Shown: positions 48,386 through 58,921, counted from the first letter of the stretch. The stretch is 64,000 nt of DNA from Bifidobacteriaceae bacterium (GCA_031281585.1 JAITFE010000035.1:7183-71182); one strand, 5' to 3'. Numbers and translations: made by a program. The notes: generated by a model not told the origin, from the sequence alone.

Positions 48386-48985
48386 TCAGCCCTTATCGGG
48401 TTCCAAGGCCGCCAAGAATGCGTCCAGCGCGGCGACTTGGCGCCGCCGCGTGGTCAAATCGGGGACCAGCCAGGTCATCGACTGGAGGCCCATCATGGCC
48501 CAAAGCATCTGGTCCACAATCGCCTGGTCTTCGGCGGCGGTGGTGATCTCGCCGGCGGCGCGCGCCTGGGCCACATAACCGGCCATCAAGGTGCCCCACT
48601 GGCGGGTGTGGTCGCGGAAGACGCGGGCCAGTTCGGGCGCGCCCGCAGCTTGTTCCCAGAAGGCCATCACGACCCTGGATTCCGTGCGGCGTTCCTTGTC
48701 GAGCGGCATGATCTCAAGGCACAGCCGACGCAGGGCCACCAGGCCGCTCGAATCGCCGATCCGGGCGGTGGCACGCGCGGTGGTGGACTCAAAAGCGTGA
48801 ATGTAGGCGGCTTTCAACAGGTCGGATTTGGAGCGGAAGTACGGTTTGAGCGCCCCGTTGGCGTAGCCGAGCCGAGCCGCCACCGAGCGCAGGGTGACCG
48901 CGCCGAGCCCGCCGGCCACGACCAGCGCCCAAGTGGCGTCGATCGCCTCGGCGATCCGCCGTTCCCGGTCGACGGCCTTGGGCAT
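48386..48985 (-). CDS. TetR family transcriptional regulator
   Basis: The N-terminal HTH is VTLRSVAARLGYANGALKPYFRSKSDLL. The protein is 199 aa and the ATG is at 48985. Confidence 0.85.
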   Translation of the reverse strand: MPKAVDRERRIAEAIDATWALVVAGGLGAVTLRSVAARLGYANGALKPYFRSKSDLLKAAYIHAFESTTARATARIGDSSGLVALRRLCLEIMPLDKERRTESRVVMAFWEQAAGAPELARVFRDHTRQWGTLMAGYVAQARAAGEITTAAEDQAIVDQMLWAMMGLQSMTWLVPDLTTRRRQVAALDAFLAALEPDKG

Positions 48986-49370
48986 GCGGCTCTCCCTTCT
49001 GCCCCGGAGCCCAATTTGAGGACGCCGGCTGGCACGTTGGTGATCGGGGTGGACGCCCGGACGGCACCATCGGCTGGCGGCCGTTCCAAGCCAGGGTAGC
49101 GCACGGGCGGTCCTGGCGAACCAAGCCCGCCGGTGCCGCGCCGACCCCGTACTTCTCCAGTTGGAGGAAATAGTTCGGACGCATATCGGTTGCGTTTCGC
49201 GCCTGTAATGTGGGCCCCGACAACCGGACGCCGTGTTGCCTAGGTGTAATAACTGGGTAACGATGTTCGCGAGGGGGCTGATACGCGGCCGAAGGCAACT
49301 TTGCAGCCCTATTATATTCTCCAATTGGAGGATCATCCCCTTCACCTTTCAATTGACACGGGAGTTCATC

Positions 49371-50363
49371 GTGAACAAGAAGAGCCTTACCCTCACCGCC
49401 TCCTTGGCGATCATCGGCGCGTTACTGACGGCCGGCTGCTCCAATAGCAAAGACAGCCCCTCCGGGGACTCGTCCGGCAGCGGCGGCGGCTCCAAGGGCG
49501 CCTTGGCCATGAGTTTTCCAACCAACGACGTGGCCGTTTGGAACGACCAGATGGAGCTGATGCGGCCCCTGATCGAAGAGGCTGGTTATGAATTCCTGAC
49601 CGACAACCCATCCTGGGACATCCAGACCCAGGTGTCGGACTGGGAGGCCTGGATAGCGCGCGGGGATGTGAAGGCCATCATGGGCTTCCCAGTGCAAGCC
49701 GATTCGATGGTCGGCGTGACGGCGCAGGCCGAAGCGGCCGGGATCCCTGTGATCGGCTACGCCGGCGGCTGGGAGGGCACCTCCCACTACCTGGCCCTCG
49801 ACCTGTTGGGCGCTGGACAAAAGGTGGGCGAGGCGGCGGGCGCCTGGATCATCGAGACCTACGGCGACGCGCAAGTCGAGGTCGGACTGATCGCGGACAC
49901 CACCGCCGACCTGGGCAGAGTCCAAGCGGAAGGCATCAAAGAGGGCCTGGCGACGGCGGGGGCGAACGTGGTGATCTACGACATCGAGGCCTCGAGCCGC
50001 GACGACGGCTACCAGGGCGCCCAGTCGACCCTGGTGGCGCATCCGGACGTCAAAGTCTGGCTGGGCATAGGCGCTGACATGGTGCTAGGCGCCAGGCAGG
50101 CGGCGATCGACGCGGGCGCCGCCCCGGACGACCCGAACTACTACGTCAGCGCGTCAGACAGCGCGGAGGAGCTGTACCAGTTGATCCTCTCCGGCACGGA
50201 CATGCTGCGCGAGGCCTACGTGTTCTCGCCCAAGGAGCTGGCTGAGACCAACGCCGCCTTGCTGATCGGGGCGGCCGAAGGCACCCTCAAGTCGGCCGAG
50301 TCGACCTTGGTGGGCGTGACGCACGTGACCAAGGAGAACGCGGCCGAATTCCTGGGCAAGTAG
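49371..50363 (+). CDS. Sugar-type (CUT2/PBP1) ABC substrate-binding lipoprotein
   Basis: The GTG is at 49371. The signal peptide has the lipobox LLTAGC, and a periplasmic-binding-protein type 1 like core follows. Confidence 0.78.
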   Translation: MNKKSLTLTASLAIIGALLTAGCSNSKDSPSGDSSGSGGGSKGALAMSFPTNDVAVWNDQMELMRPLIEEAGYEFLTDNPSWDIQTQVSDWEAWIARGDVKAIMGFPVQADSMVGVTAQAEAAGIPVIGYAGGWEGTSHYLALDLLGAGQKVGEAAGAWIIETYGDAQVEVGLIADTTADLGRVQAEGIKEGLATAGANVVIYDIEASSRDDGYQGAQSTLVAHPDVKVWLGIGADMVLGARQAAIDAGAAPDDPNYYVSASDSAEELYQLILSGTDMLREAYVFSPKELAETNAALLIGAAEGTLKSAESTLVGVTHVTKENAAEFLGK

Positions 50364-50367
50364 GGCT

Positions 50368-51897
50368 TTGGCGGACGCGATGACCACGAAGACCGGCGCC
50401 GAGGACCTCGCGGCGCCACCCGTGCCGCCAGCCGCCGGCCGCTTCGGACTGCGGCAGTTGACGGTGGAGTTCGGGGCGACCCGGGCGGTCGACGGCGTGA
50501 CCTTGGAAGTCCAGCCGGGGGAGATAGTCGGCCTGTTGGGGCACAACGGCGCGGGCAAGTCGACCATCGTCAACGTCTCGAGCGGCGCCCTGGCCTGGAC
50601 AAGCGGCGAGATCCGGATTGACGGCGCGCCGGTCCAGCGGGGGGCGAGCCCCCGCGCCATGGCCGAACTCGGCGTGACCGTCATCCACCAAGAGCCCGCC
50701 TTGGCCGCCAACCTGACTGTTCTGGCGAATCTGTTTCTGGGCCGCAAAAGGACCGGCTCGCGCGCCGCCCGCCGCCGCCGGGCGGCCGAGGCGCTGAAAG
50801 AGGTGGGCGGCGAGTCAATTCCGCTGGACGTTCCGGTGTCCACCCTGAGCCTGGGCGAGCGCCAACTGGTCGACCTGGCCCGGGGCGCCCTGTTCGGAGA
50901 GATCCGGGTGTTGATGCTTGACGAGCCCACAGCCGCGCTGGGGCTCGCCGAGACGCGCAGCCTCCACGCCTTGATCAGGTCATATGCCGCTAAGGACGCG
51001 GCCGTGGTGTACATCTCCCACCGGCTGGCGGACATCCTCGACGTGTGCCAGCGGATTGTGGTCTTGGAGTCCGGCCGGGTGGTGCTGGACCGTCCGGCCG
51101 CCGGGCTGTCGCTGGCGGAGCTGTCTGAGGCGCTCGCGCCGGGGGTTGTGCACCAGCAACTGGTCTCCACCGCCCGCGAAGAGGAGGTGGTTCGCGTCGA
51201 ATTGCCCGGCGGCGCCGTCAACGCCAAGGCCGGCGAGGTGGTCGGGTTGTTCGGCATGGCCGGCGGCGAGCAGCTGGCGGTGCTGGAATCCCTGTTTGGG
51301 ATTGGGCCGAAACTGCCGATGTGGCTCGCCGGCCAGCGGTACGCGCCGAAACGCCCCGGCGACGCCTTGCGCCAAGGCATCTTCCTGGTGCCGCCGGATC
51401 GGGACAAGGACGGGCTACTGGCCGGGTTCTCCGGCAAGGACAACGTGATGCTGCCCTGGCTGCGGGATTCCAAAGCGGCCTGGTGGTTGGGCCGGCGCAC
51501 AGGCGCGGCCGTCTACCAGGACAGCCGTCTGCGGCTCAACGTCCAAGGGCCGGGCGGGGACGTGCCGGTGACCGCGTTTTCCGGCGGCAACCGCCAAAAG
51601 CACCTGCTGGCCCGTTGGATGTTCCCGGCGCAGCCGAGGCTCCTGCTGTTGGGGCAGCCAACGCAAGGGGTGGACGTGGGCGCCAAAGTCGACATCGTGC
51701 GCGCGGTGCGCCTGCTGGCGGCCGACGGCGTGACGGTGCTGGTGGCGTCATCGGAAAACGACGAGATCGCGTCGATGTGCGACCGCTCCTACGTGCTGCG
51801 GGACGGCCGGGTGGCGCTTGTCGAGCGCGGACCGGAGCTGGCCACGGCGCTGCTCGACTCGTTGCTCCGGCTCTCCGGGCCGGAAGAAAGACCATAG
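50368..51897 (+). CDS. Sugar-type ABC transporter ATP-binding protein (duplicated ABC domains)
   Basis: Walker A is GHNGAGKST, with LSLGERQLV and a second degenerate ABC half (FSGGNRQKHLLARW). A TTG is at 50368 and an alternative ATG at 50380. Confidence 0.9.
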   Translation: MADAMTTKTGAEDLAAPPVPPAAGRFGLRQLTVEFGATRAVDGVTLEVQPGEIVGLLGHNGAGKSTIVNVSSGALAWTSGEIRIDGAPVQRGASPRAMAELGVTVIHQEPALAANLTVLANLFLGRKRTGSRAARRRRAAEALKEVGGESIPLDVPVSTLSLGERQLVDLARGALFGEIRVLMLDEPTAALGLAETRSLHALIRSYAAKDAAVVYISHRLADILDVCQRIVVLESGRVVLDRPAAGLSLAELSEALAPGVVHQQLVSTAREEEVVRVELPGGAVNAKAGEVVGLFGMAGGEQLAVLESLFGIGPKLPMWLAGQRYAPKRPGDALRQGIFLVPPDRDKDGLLAGFSGKDNVMLPWLRDSKAAWWLGRRTGAAVYQDSRLRLNVQGPGGDVPVTAFSGGNRQKHLLARWMFPAQPRLLLLGQPTQGVDVGAKVDIVRAVRLLAADGVTVLVASSENDEIASMCDRSYVLRDGRVALVERGPELATALLDSLLRLSGPEERP

Positions 51898-51910
51898 GAA
51901 AGGAGCGACC

Positions 51911-52963
51911 ATGCGTTCAGCCTCAATGGACCGGGTGAAGATAGTCCTGGTGCAGAACGGCGTTTTCGCCGCCATGATCCTGATGGCCGCGATATTCGGC
52001 CTGCTCAACCCCAGGTTCTTGTCCTGGCACAACGCGCTGACGATTCTTCAGCAGGTGGCGGAGCTGGGCGTGGTGGCGCTCCCGGTGGCGTTCGTCGTCA
52101 TGACCGGCCAGGCGGACCTGTCGGTCGGGTCGGTGGCCACGCTCGGGGCCGTCTTGGGCGGCTTGACGCTGGTGGGGACCGGCAACGTCGCGGCGGGGGT
52201 CGCCGTCACGCTCCTGTTCGGGTTGGTGGCCGGGGCGCTGAACGGGTTCTTGGTCGCGTACCTCAGATTGAACTCGTTCGTGGTCACCCTGGGCTTCCTC
52301 AGCGTGTGGGGCGGCGCGGCCATGGTGTTGACCAGCGGGAAGACCATCACCGGCCTGCCTGAGGACTTCAAAGCCTTCGGCACGGCGGACCTGGCCGGGG
52401 TGCCGGTGCAGATAGTGGTGCTGGCGACGGTCGTGGCCGCGTCCGGCTACCTGCTCAACCGGACCGCCAAAGGGCAGGAGATCCTGGCGATTGGGGGCAA
52501 CGCCAAAGCCGCTGAGTTGATGGGGATCAAGGTCAGGCAGACGCAAGTGCAGGTCTTCACCGCGGCGGGCGTCTTCTCGGCCTTGGCCGGGCTGATGCTG
52601 GCCACCAAACTGGCGGCCGTCAGCCCCACCTTGGGCTCCGGCATGGAACTGAAGGCCTTGACCGTGGTGCTGCTGGGCGGGGTCTCCTTCGCCGGCGGCT
52701 ACGGGCGGATCGGCGGGGTGGCGGCCGGGCTGCTGTTCGTCGGGGTGCTCAACAACGGTTTGGTCATCCTGGGCGTCTCGCCGTACATCCAAACCGTGCT
52801 GGTCGGCGCCACCCTGGTCGCCGCCGTGCTGATGGACTCTTCGGTCCAACGCTTCGTCTCCGCCGCCTGGGCGAACCGGGGCAAACGCCTGGCCCAGGCG
52901 CAGCGCGCCAAGCTGGAGCAAATGCCAACGGAAACTGAGACCCTTGAGGAGGTCAACGCATGA
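51911..52963 (+). CDS. ABC permease (RbsC/BPD_transp_2 type)
   Basis: A multi-TM protein containing the segment GQADLSVGSVATLGAVLGG. The ATG at 51911 follows AAGGAGCG. Confidence 0.88.
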   Translation: MRSASMDRVKIVLVQNGVFAAMILMAAIFGLLNPRFLSWHNALTILQQVAELGVVALPVAFVVMTGQADLSVGSVATLGAVLGGLTLVGTGNVAAGVAVTLLFGLVAGALNGFLVAYLRLNSFVVTLGFLSVWGGAAMVLTSGKTITGLPEDFKAFGTADLAGVPVQIVVLATVVAASGYLLNRTAKGQEILAIGGNAKAAELMGIKVRQTQVQVFTAAGVFSALAGLMLATKLAAVSPTLGSGMELKALTVVLLGGVSFAGGYGRIGGVAAGLLFVGVLNNGLVILGVSPYIQTVLVGATLVAAVLMDSSVQRFVSAAWANRGKRLAQAQRAKLEQMPTETETLEEVNA

Positions 52964-54609
52964 AACCCGCCGATTTGGTGGTCCGCGCGGAGGCGGTCCA
53001 CACCTTGGGGCCCCGGCGGTCCGCCGCGAGCGGCCTGGCCGTGGCTGACGGGAAGATCGTCGCGGTCTTGGAGGGGGGAGACGCCGAACAGTGGACCGGC
53101 CCCGGCACCAAGGTCGTGGACGTTCCGCCTGGGGCGGCTGTCCTCCCCGGCTTGGGCGACGTCCACGCGCACCTTTACATGGCAGGCCACGGCGACCTTT
53201 ACGAGTTGGCGATTGATCCGGACTGGTCGGTGGACCAGCTTGTCGAGGCGGTGGCCGGGGCCGCCGCCCAGGCCGCGCCGGGGGCTTGGATCGCGGGCGG
53301 CATGTGGGGGATCGGCCGTTTCGCCGAATTGGCGAACGCTGCGGTGCGCCGCCGGTTCGACGCGGCCGCCGCCGGCCACCCGATCTTGCTCCGCGACGAC
53401 ACGGCCCACCACCGGTTGGTCAACGACGCCGCCCTGCGGGTCATGGGCATTGATCCGGACGGCGGCGGCTCGCACGGCCCGGACGTGGGTGTGGATCCGG
53501 CCACGGGCGCCCCGACGGGCATCCTCGGGGAGTCCGCCAGCCGCTGGGCGGAGGAAACCTGGGAGGCCACCCGCACGCGTGAGCCGGACGAAGACCGGAA
53601 CGCGCTGGCCCGCGCGGTGGAGATCCTCAACCAGGACGGCGTCACCTTGGTCCAAGAGGCGGGCACCGGGGCGCAGATGCTCCAGGCACTGCGGTCCCTG
53701 GATGACGCGGGCGGGCTAAACGCCTGGGTGGTGACCTCGGTCTCAATCAATGACAAGGTGTTCGGGTTCACGCCGATCGGTCTCCCCCTGGTGGAGCAGG
53801 CGGCGCAGTTCGCGGGCGGGCGGGTGGTGCCCACCTTCGCCAAGATCTTCCTGGACGGCACGCCGCCCACGTTCACCGCTTTGATGCATGATCCCTACCC
53901 GCCCCATCCGGCGCACGGCGCGGGCTACCGGGGCGAGTCGACCATGACCCTGGAGGAGTTGGCGGGCTGGTTGGAGACGCTGGCCGCCCACCGGTTGGGC
54001 GTCAAGATCCATTGCACCGGCGACGGCGCGGTCAGCCTGGCCCTAGACGCGTTGGAGTTGGCGCGGTCGAAAGGGGTCGAACTGCCAGCCCACATTGCCC
54101 ACGCCCAGATGATCCGGCCGAGCGACTATCCCCGCATTGCCGGGTTGGGCGTGGTGATCGACATCTGCCCGCTCTTTTGGTTCCCATCGGCGTTCCAGAC
54201 CGGCGCCCTGGTCACCCTGCCGGACGCGACCCGTGACGGCATCTGCATGTTCCGGGACCAATCGGACGCCGGGATCAAATTGGCGGGCGGCAGCGATTGG
54301 CCCGTCTCGCCCAACCCCAATCCCTGGTGGGGCATCCACGGTTTGGTGACCAGAGCCAACCCGACCGGCGAGGTCCCCGGCGTCTACCGCCCCGACCAGG
54401 CGTTGAGCGTCGGGGAGGCGCTGCGTTTGTACACCGGCCATGTCGCCGATGCCGTGGGGCTGGGTTCCGTTGCCGGCTCGCTCGAGGTGGGCAAGGCCGC
54501 CGATTTCGTGGTTGTGGACCGGGACCCCTTCCGGGCCGACCCGCTCGCGTTGGGGGCCACGAAGACCCTGGAGACCTGGGTGGGCGGTCGCCGGGTCTTC
54601 GTGGCCTGA
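52960..54609 (+). CDS. Amidohydrolase family 3 metal-dependent hydrolase
   Basis: PGLGDVHAHLYMAG and GVKIHCTGDGAV motifs are present, with a C-terminal GSLEVGKAADFVVVDRDP block. An ATGA overlap joins it to the permease, and GAGGAGG lies upstream. Confidence 0.8.
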   Translation: MKPADLVVRAEAVHTLGPRRSAASGLAVADGKIVAVLEGGDAEQWTGPGTKVVDVPPGAAVLPGLGDVHAHLYMAGHGDLYELAIDPDWSVDQLVEAVAGAAAQAAPGAWIAGGMWGIGRFAELANAAVRRRFDAAAAGHPILLRDDTAHHRLVNDAALRVMGIDPDGGGSHGPDVGVDPATGAPTGILGESASRWAEETWEATRTREPDEDRNALARAVEILNQDGVTLVQEAGTGAQMLQALRSLDDAGGLNAWVVTSVSINDKVFGFTPIGLPLVEQAAQFAGGRVVPTFAKIFLDGTPPTFTALMHDPYPPHPAHGAGYRGESTMTLEELAGWLETLAAHRLGVKIHCTGDGAVSLALDALELARSKGVELPAHIAHAQMIRPSDYPRIAGLGVVIDICPLFWFPSAFQTGALVTLPDATRDGICMFRDQSDAGIKLAGGSDWPVSPNPNPWWGIHGLVTRANPTGEVPGVYRPDQALSVGEALRLYTGHVADAVGLGSVAGSLEVGKAADFVVVDRDPFRADPLALGATKTLETWVGGRRVFVA

Positions 54610-54615
54610 TCCCGC

Positions 54616-55731
54616 TTACGCGGCCGCGCCCGCCAAAGCGAGGGTGCTCGGGTGGCCGGGGAAGGCCTGGGCGGTCAGCGGATGGGTGATGCGTCCGCCC
54701 TGGGTCGCGAGGCCTTTCGCGAGAGCCGGGTCGTCCGCGACAGCGGCCTGCCAGCCCCGGTCCGCCAAGGCGAGCACGTAAGGCATGGTCGCGTTCGTCA
54801 GAGCGGCGGTCGAGGTGTTGGGCACGGCGCCGGGCATGTTCGCCACGCAGTAGAAGACGGTGTCCGCGACCTTGTAGGTGGGCGAATCGTGCGTGGTGGG
54901 GGTTGAGTCCTCGAAGCAGCCGCCCTGGTCAATGGCTATGTCGACCAGGACGGCGCCGGGCCGCATCCGGGTCACCAGTTCGTGGCTGACCAGCTTTGGC
55001 GCCCGGTCGCCGGGCACCAGGACCGCGCCTATCACCAGATCGGCTTGCAGAACCGAGCGCTCGATCTCCAGTGCGGAGGACACGACTGTGCGGACGCGGC
55101 CGGCGTAAAGCTGGTCGAGTTGGCGCAGCCGCGGCACGGACAGGTCCAGGACGGTCACGTCCGCCCCCAGGCCAACCGCTTGGGCGGTGGCGTTGGCGCC
55201 GGCCTGGCCGGCGCCTATAACGGTGACTTGGGCCGGGCGGACGCCGGGCACGCCGCCCGCCAAGACCCCGGCGCCGCCCAAGGGCCGCATCAGGTGGTAT
55301 GCGCCAACCATGGCCGCCATGCGGCCGGCCACTTCGCTCATGGGCGCCAACAAGGGCAGCGAGCCGTCCGCCAGTTGCACCGTCTCATAAGCGATCGCGG
55401 TGGTGCCCGCCTGGATCAGCGCGTCCACCAGCGCCGGCGCGGCGGCCAGATGCAGGTAGGTGAACAGGATCTGGTCGGGCCGCAGGTAGCCGTATTCGGG
55501 GGCGATGGGCTCCTTAACCTTGACGACCAGTTCGGCCGCCCAGGCCTCGGCCGTGGTGCCGATCAAGGCACCGGCCCCGCTGTACTGGGCGTCGGCGAAC
55601 CCGCTGCCCGCCCCGGCGCCGGATTCGACCACCACGCGGTGGCCCCGCGCGGTCAGTTCCCTCACCCCGGCGGGCGTCAACGCCACGCGCTGCTCGCTGG
55701 TCTTGGTTTCCTTTGGTACTCCAATGATCAT
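54616..55731 (-). CDS. ald: Alanine dehydrogenase
   Basis: MIIGVPKETK..EQRVALTP, the VTVIGAGQAG Rossmann motif and DIAIDQGGC are present. The protein is 371 aa. The longer ORF to 56394 is rejected. Confidence 0.93.
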   Translation of the reverse strand: MIIGVPKETKTSEQRVALTPAGVRELTARGHRVVVESGAGAGSGFADAQYSGAGALIGTTAEAWAAELVVKVKEPIAPEYGYLRPDQILFTYLHLAAAPALVDALIQAGTTAIAYETVQLADGSLPLLAPMSEVAGRMAAMVGAYHLMRPLGGAGVLAGGVPGVRPAQVTVIGAGQAGANATAQAVGLGADVTVLDLSVPRLRQLDQLYAGRVRTVVSSALEIERSVLQADLVIGAVLVPGDRAPKLVSHELVTRMRPGAVLVDIAIDQGGCFEDSTPTTHDSPTYKVADTVFYCVANMPGAVPNTSTAALTNATMPYVLALADRGWQAAVADDPALAKGLATQGGRITHPLTAQAFPGHPSTLALAGAAA

Positions 55732-55902
55732 GATGGTCTCCTTCGCAATGTGGGCCTGATTCGTTGTCGGGGGGCGGCGCGAATGCGGGCAAAGCGCCTG
55801 GACGGCCAGCTCCCTTGGTCTCCAGGCTGGAGATAGTGTGTTACAACGGGGTTTCAGTTGCATTCGATAGCGAAAACTGCCTTCTGGACTACACTTTCTT
55901 GT

Positions 55903-56460
55903 GTGACGGCATCGAAAACCGAGTCCCCGCGCAACAAAACCCAGCTCGACGAACTGGACGAGGCGATCGCCTGGGAATTGGTGCGGGACTCCGACCAGTC
56001 GAACAAAGCGTTGGCCGCCCGGCTCGGCGTGTCCGAATCGACCACCATCAACCGCGTCCGGGCCTTGCGGGAGGCGGGGGTGATCGGCGCCTCGCACGCG
56101 GACGTGGACCTGGAGGCGTTCGGGTTCGCGGTCCAGGCTCTGGTGTTCGTGCGCCTGCGCCCCCAGGCCAGGCCGCAAATCAAAGACTTCGCCGAAAAGG
56201 CGGCGCGCCTGCCGCAAACCACCCACGTGTTCTTCATTGGCGGCAACGAAGACTTCGTCATCCACGTCTTTTGCACGTCCACCCGCCAATTGCGGGACCT
56301 GGTGGCGAATCGCCTCAGCACCGACCCGGCGGTGGCCATGACCAGCACGCATGTGGTGTTTGACCACATCGCGGGCAACACGCGGATGGAGCACATCGCC
56401 GGCTGGGCCGAGGTTCGCGCCCCGATTGCCGAAGCGGCTGCGCCGCCGGACGCGGCCTGA
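55903..56460 (+). CDS. Lrp/AsnC family transcriptional regulator (AldR-like position)
   Basis: LDELDEAIAWELVRDSDQSNKALAARLGVSESTTINRVRALREAGVI forms the HTH, followed by an ASNC ligand domain. It is divergent from ald. The start is uncertain (GTG at 55903 or ATG at 55858). Confidence 0.8.
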   Translation: MTASKTESPRNKTQLDELDEAIAWELVRDSDQSNKALAARLGVSESTTINRVRALREAGVIGASHADVDLEAFGFAVQALVFVRLRPQARPQIKDFAEKAARLPQTTHVFFIGGNEDFVIHVFCTSTRQLRDLVANRLSTDPAVAMTSTHVVFDHIAGNTRMEHIAGWAEVRAPIAEAAAPPDAA

Positions 56461-56500
56461 GAGGCCCAGGCGGCGGACGCGGCCTGAGCCGCCGCGACTC

Positions 56501-57730
56501 TCAGCCTTGGTCTAGGAGCCCGTCCTTGAGCGCGGTCGCCAGCGACGGCGCCAGCGGGAGGCGCGGGATCAGCGTCGCCTGGACGGCGTGGTAAATGTCC
56601 GGCTTGCCCGGCCACATGGCTGTGGCCACCTTTCCCGACGGGTCCACCTCGTGGCGCCAGGAGCCAAGCTCTTCGTCAATGAAGACCTGCTCAATGGTGT
56701 TCCACCAGCGGTCGTAGAGGTCGTGGTAGATCGGGTCGCCCGTGGCCCGGAAGGCGGTGCTGGCGGCGCCCACCGCCTCGGCCGCCACCCAATGCAGCCT
56801 GGCGTCAATGACGGGCCGGCCGTCCCAATCGGTGGTGTACACAAAGCCGGGCGCCACGCCGTCCTGCCAGCCGTCCAGGCGGGCGCGTCGGAAAAGCCGT
56901 TCGGCCGCCGGCCGCATCCAGTCGCGGGCGGCGGGGCCCAGCGCGGCCTCCAGTTCCAGGATCAGGCGCGACCATTCGAAGCCGTGGCCGGGCGTGGCGC
57001 CATAGGGGCGGAACGGATCGTGGGGCTTGTCAATGTTGAAGTCGGGGAGGGCTTGCCATTCCACTCCGAAGTGTTCGGGAATGCGCCAATCAGCTTGGCG
57101 CGCGTGGCGGACCACCCGCCGGGCGATCCGGCGCGCGCGCTGCCGCCAGCGCTTTTCGCCCGTCACGTCCGCCGCCGCCAAATAGGCCTCCACCGTGTGC
57201 ATGTTGGCGTTCACGCCCCGGTACGGGTCGGCCTCGGTGAAATCGCGGTTGAAATGGTCAACCACCATGCTTTCGGCGGGGTCCCAGAAGTAGGCGTTCT
57301 GATTGGCGAGCGCGCGGGCCAACAGGTCGTCCGCGCCGGGACGGCCGGCCGCCACGGCCGAGGTCGCCGCGAGCAGGACGAAGGCGTGGGAATAGGCCGT
57401 CTTGACGAACTCGGCGGGGGCGCCGTCCGGGTCGAGTCGGCTGAACCAGCCGCCTCCGGCCGTGTCTGCGAACGGCCCGGTCAGGGCGGCCAGGCCGTGA
57501 TCCGTCAGCGCCTCGGCGCCGGGGTAGCCCAACAGCACCCCGAGGGCGTAAACATGGGTCATCCGCGCGGTGATCCAGAGGTCCAGCGGCGCGGCCAGGT
57601 CCGGGCGGCCGGCGGTGTCAAGCCAGGCGAATCCGTTGGGCGCTTCGGCGCTGGCGCGCCCAAAATCGAGCAGCCGGAAAGTCTCGGTGTTAAGCCAGCG
57701 CGGGTCGTTGGCGTGGTCGGGGCTATTCAT
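56501..57730 (-). CDS. AGE-family (N-acylglucosamine 2-epimerase-like) epimerase/isomerase
   Basis: It has an (alpha/alpha)6 barrel pattern with repeated W/H/E blocks (GGWF, HAFVLLA, NANMHTVEA, GHGFEW). The ATG at 57730 has GGAGGA upstream. Confidence 0.78.
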   Translation of the reverse strand: MNSPDHANDPRWLNTETFRLLDFGRASAEAPNGFAWLDTAGRPDLAAPLDLWITARMTHVYALGVLLGYPGAEALTDHGLAALTGPFADTAGGGWFSRLDPDGAPAEFVKTAYSHAFVLLAATSAVAAGRPGADDLLARALANQNAYFWDPAESMVVDHFNRDFTEADPYRGVNANMHTVEAYLAAADVTGEKRWRQRARRIARRVVRHARQADWRIPEHFGVEWQALPDFNIDKPHDPFRPYGATPGHGFEWSRLILELEAALGPAARDWMRPAAERLFRRARLDGWQDGVAPGFVYTTDWDGRPVIDARLHWVAAEAVGAASTAFRATGDPIYHDLYDRWWNTIEQVFIDEELGSWRHEVDPSGKVATAMWPGKPDIYHAVQATLIPRLPLAPSLATALKDGLLDQG

Positions 57731-57932
57731 GGGGAGATCCTCCAAGCGGAAATTGACCTGAGGTCAAGGTTAGACGTTCTTGGCCAGGCGGGGGACAACC
57801 GGCGCGGAGGCGACCGGTGGCTGAGTCGCTGGGGGCAAGGCCGGTGGAGCCCGTCTGACGGCTCGGGGTGGAGTCGCGGCCGGGGTGGCGACGGGCGGGC
57901 GGCCTGCGGCGAATTGTCAGGCGGCGGGACAG

Positions 57933-58832
57933 TCAGGCGGCGGGAACCAACGTCACAAGCGAGGCCGAGGGGCGGCAGGCCAACCGAATAGGCGCGTACG
58001 GGGAGGTCCCCAACCCGCCTGAGACGTGCAGATACGAGTCGCTGGAGCGCCACCGGTGCAGGCCGGACGCGAGGCGCGGCGGCAGGTCCGAATTGGAGAC
58101 AAGCGCCCCGTAGAACGGCAGGGCGACTTGCCCGCCGTGGGTGTGGCCGGCGAAGACCAAGCGCGCCTGGTCGGCCACCAGTTGGTCGACGGCTCGCAGG
58201 TAGGGCGCGTGGACCAGGCCCAGCACCAGATCGGCGGCTTCATGCGAGACGGGTTCGGGCAGCTTGTCCCAGTCGAGGTGGGGGTCCGCCAGGCCGACCA
58301 AATCGGTCGCCAAGCTTTCCGGCCCCACCTCCAGGTTCGCCCGCGCGTTGTCCAGGTCCTTCCAGCCGGCCCGAGTCAAGACTTGGCGGAAAGGCTCGGT
58401 GGGCAGGTCGGGCTGCCGTGTGATTTCGGGTTCGGGCGGTCCCAGCAGGTAGATGGCCGGGTTCTTGAAGATGGCGCCGTAGTAGTCGTTCGATCCGAGG
58501 ACAAACGCCCCCGGCGTCGCCAGGTGCGGCTCCAACGCCTCCAAAGCCGACTCCATCGCGTCGGCGAACGCGAAGTTGTCGCCGGTGGTGACAACCAGAT
58601 CCGGGCGGAGGGAAGCCAGCGCCTTGACCCATTCGATCTTGCGCCGTTGGCGGGCGGTCAAATGCATGTCGGAAATGTGGAGCACCTTGATCGGCGCGGC
58701 CCCAGGCTTCAACACCGGCGCGTTCACGCGCCGCAACGTGTACCAATGGGCTTCCGCCAACGCGTAGCCAAGGGTCGCGGCGCCGGTCGCCAACCCGGCG
58801 CCGACAAGACGGCTCAATTTCACCCGGCTCAC
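57933..58832 (-). CDS. Metallophosphoesterase
   Basis: ISDMHL, TGDN and GHTHGGQV motifs are present, with an N-terminal TM segment. The start is uncertain (GTG at 58832 or 58823; the ORF extends to 58919). Confidence 0.8.
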   Translation of the reverse strand: MSRVKLSRLVGAGLATGAATLGYALAEAHWYTLRRVNAPVLKPGAAPIKVLHISDMHLTARQRRKIEWVKALASLRPDLVVTTGDNFAFADAMESALEALEPHLATPGAFVLGSNDYYGAIFKNPAIYLLGPPEPEITRQPDLPTEPFRQVLTRAGWKDLDNARANLEVGPESLATDLVGLADPHLDWDKLPEPVSHEAADLVLGLVHAPYLRAVDQLVADQARLVFAGHTHGGQVALPFYGALVSNSDLPPRLASGLHRWRSSDSYLHVSGGLGTSPYAPIRLACRPSASLVTLVPAA

Positions 58833-58921
58833 CCTACCCGGCGTCCGCCGGGACCGGTAATCGCGGAGGATTGCGCCGAAGGTCGTCCTCCCGGACGGGT
58901 AGTATGCTGCTGTATACACTG

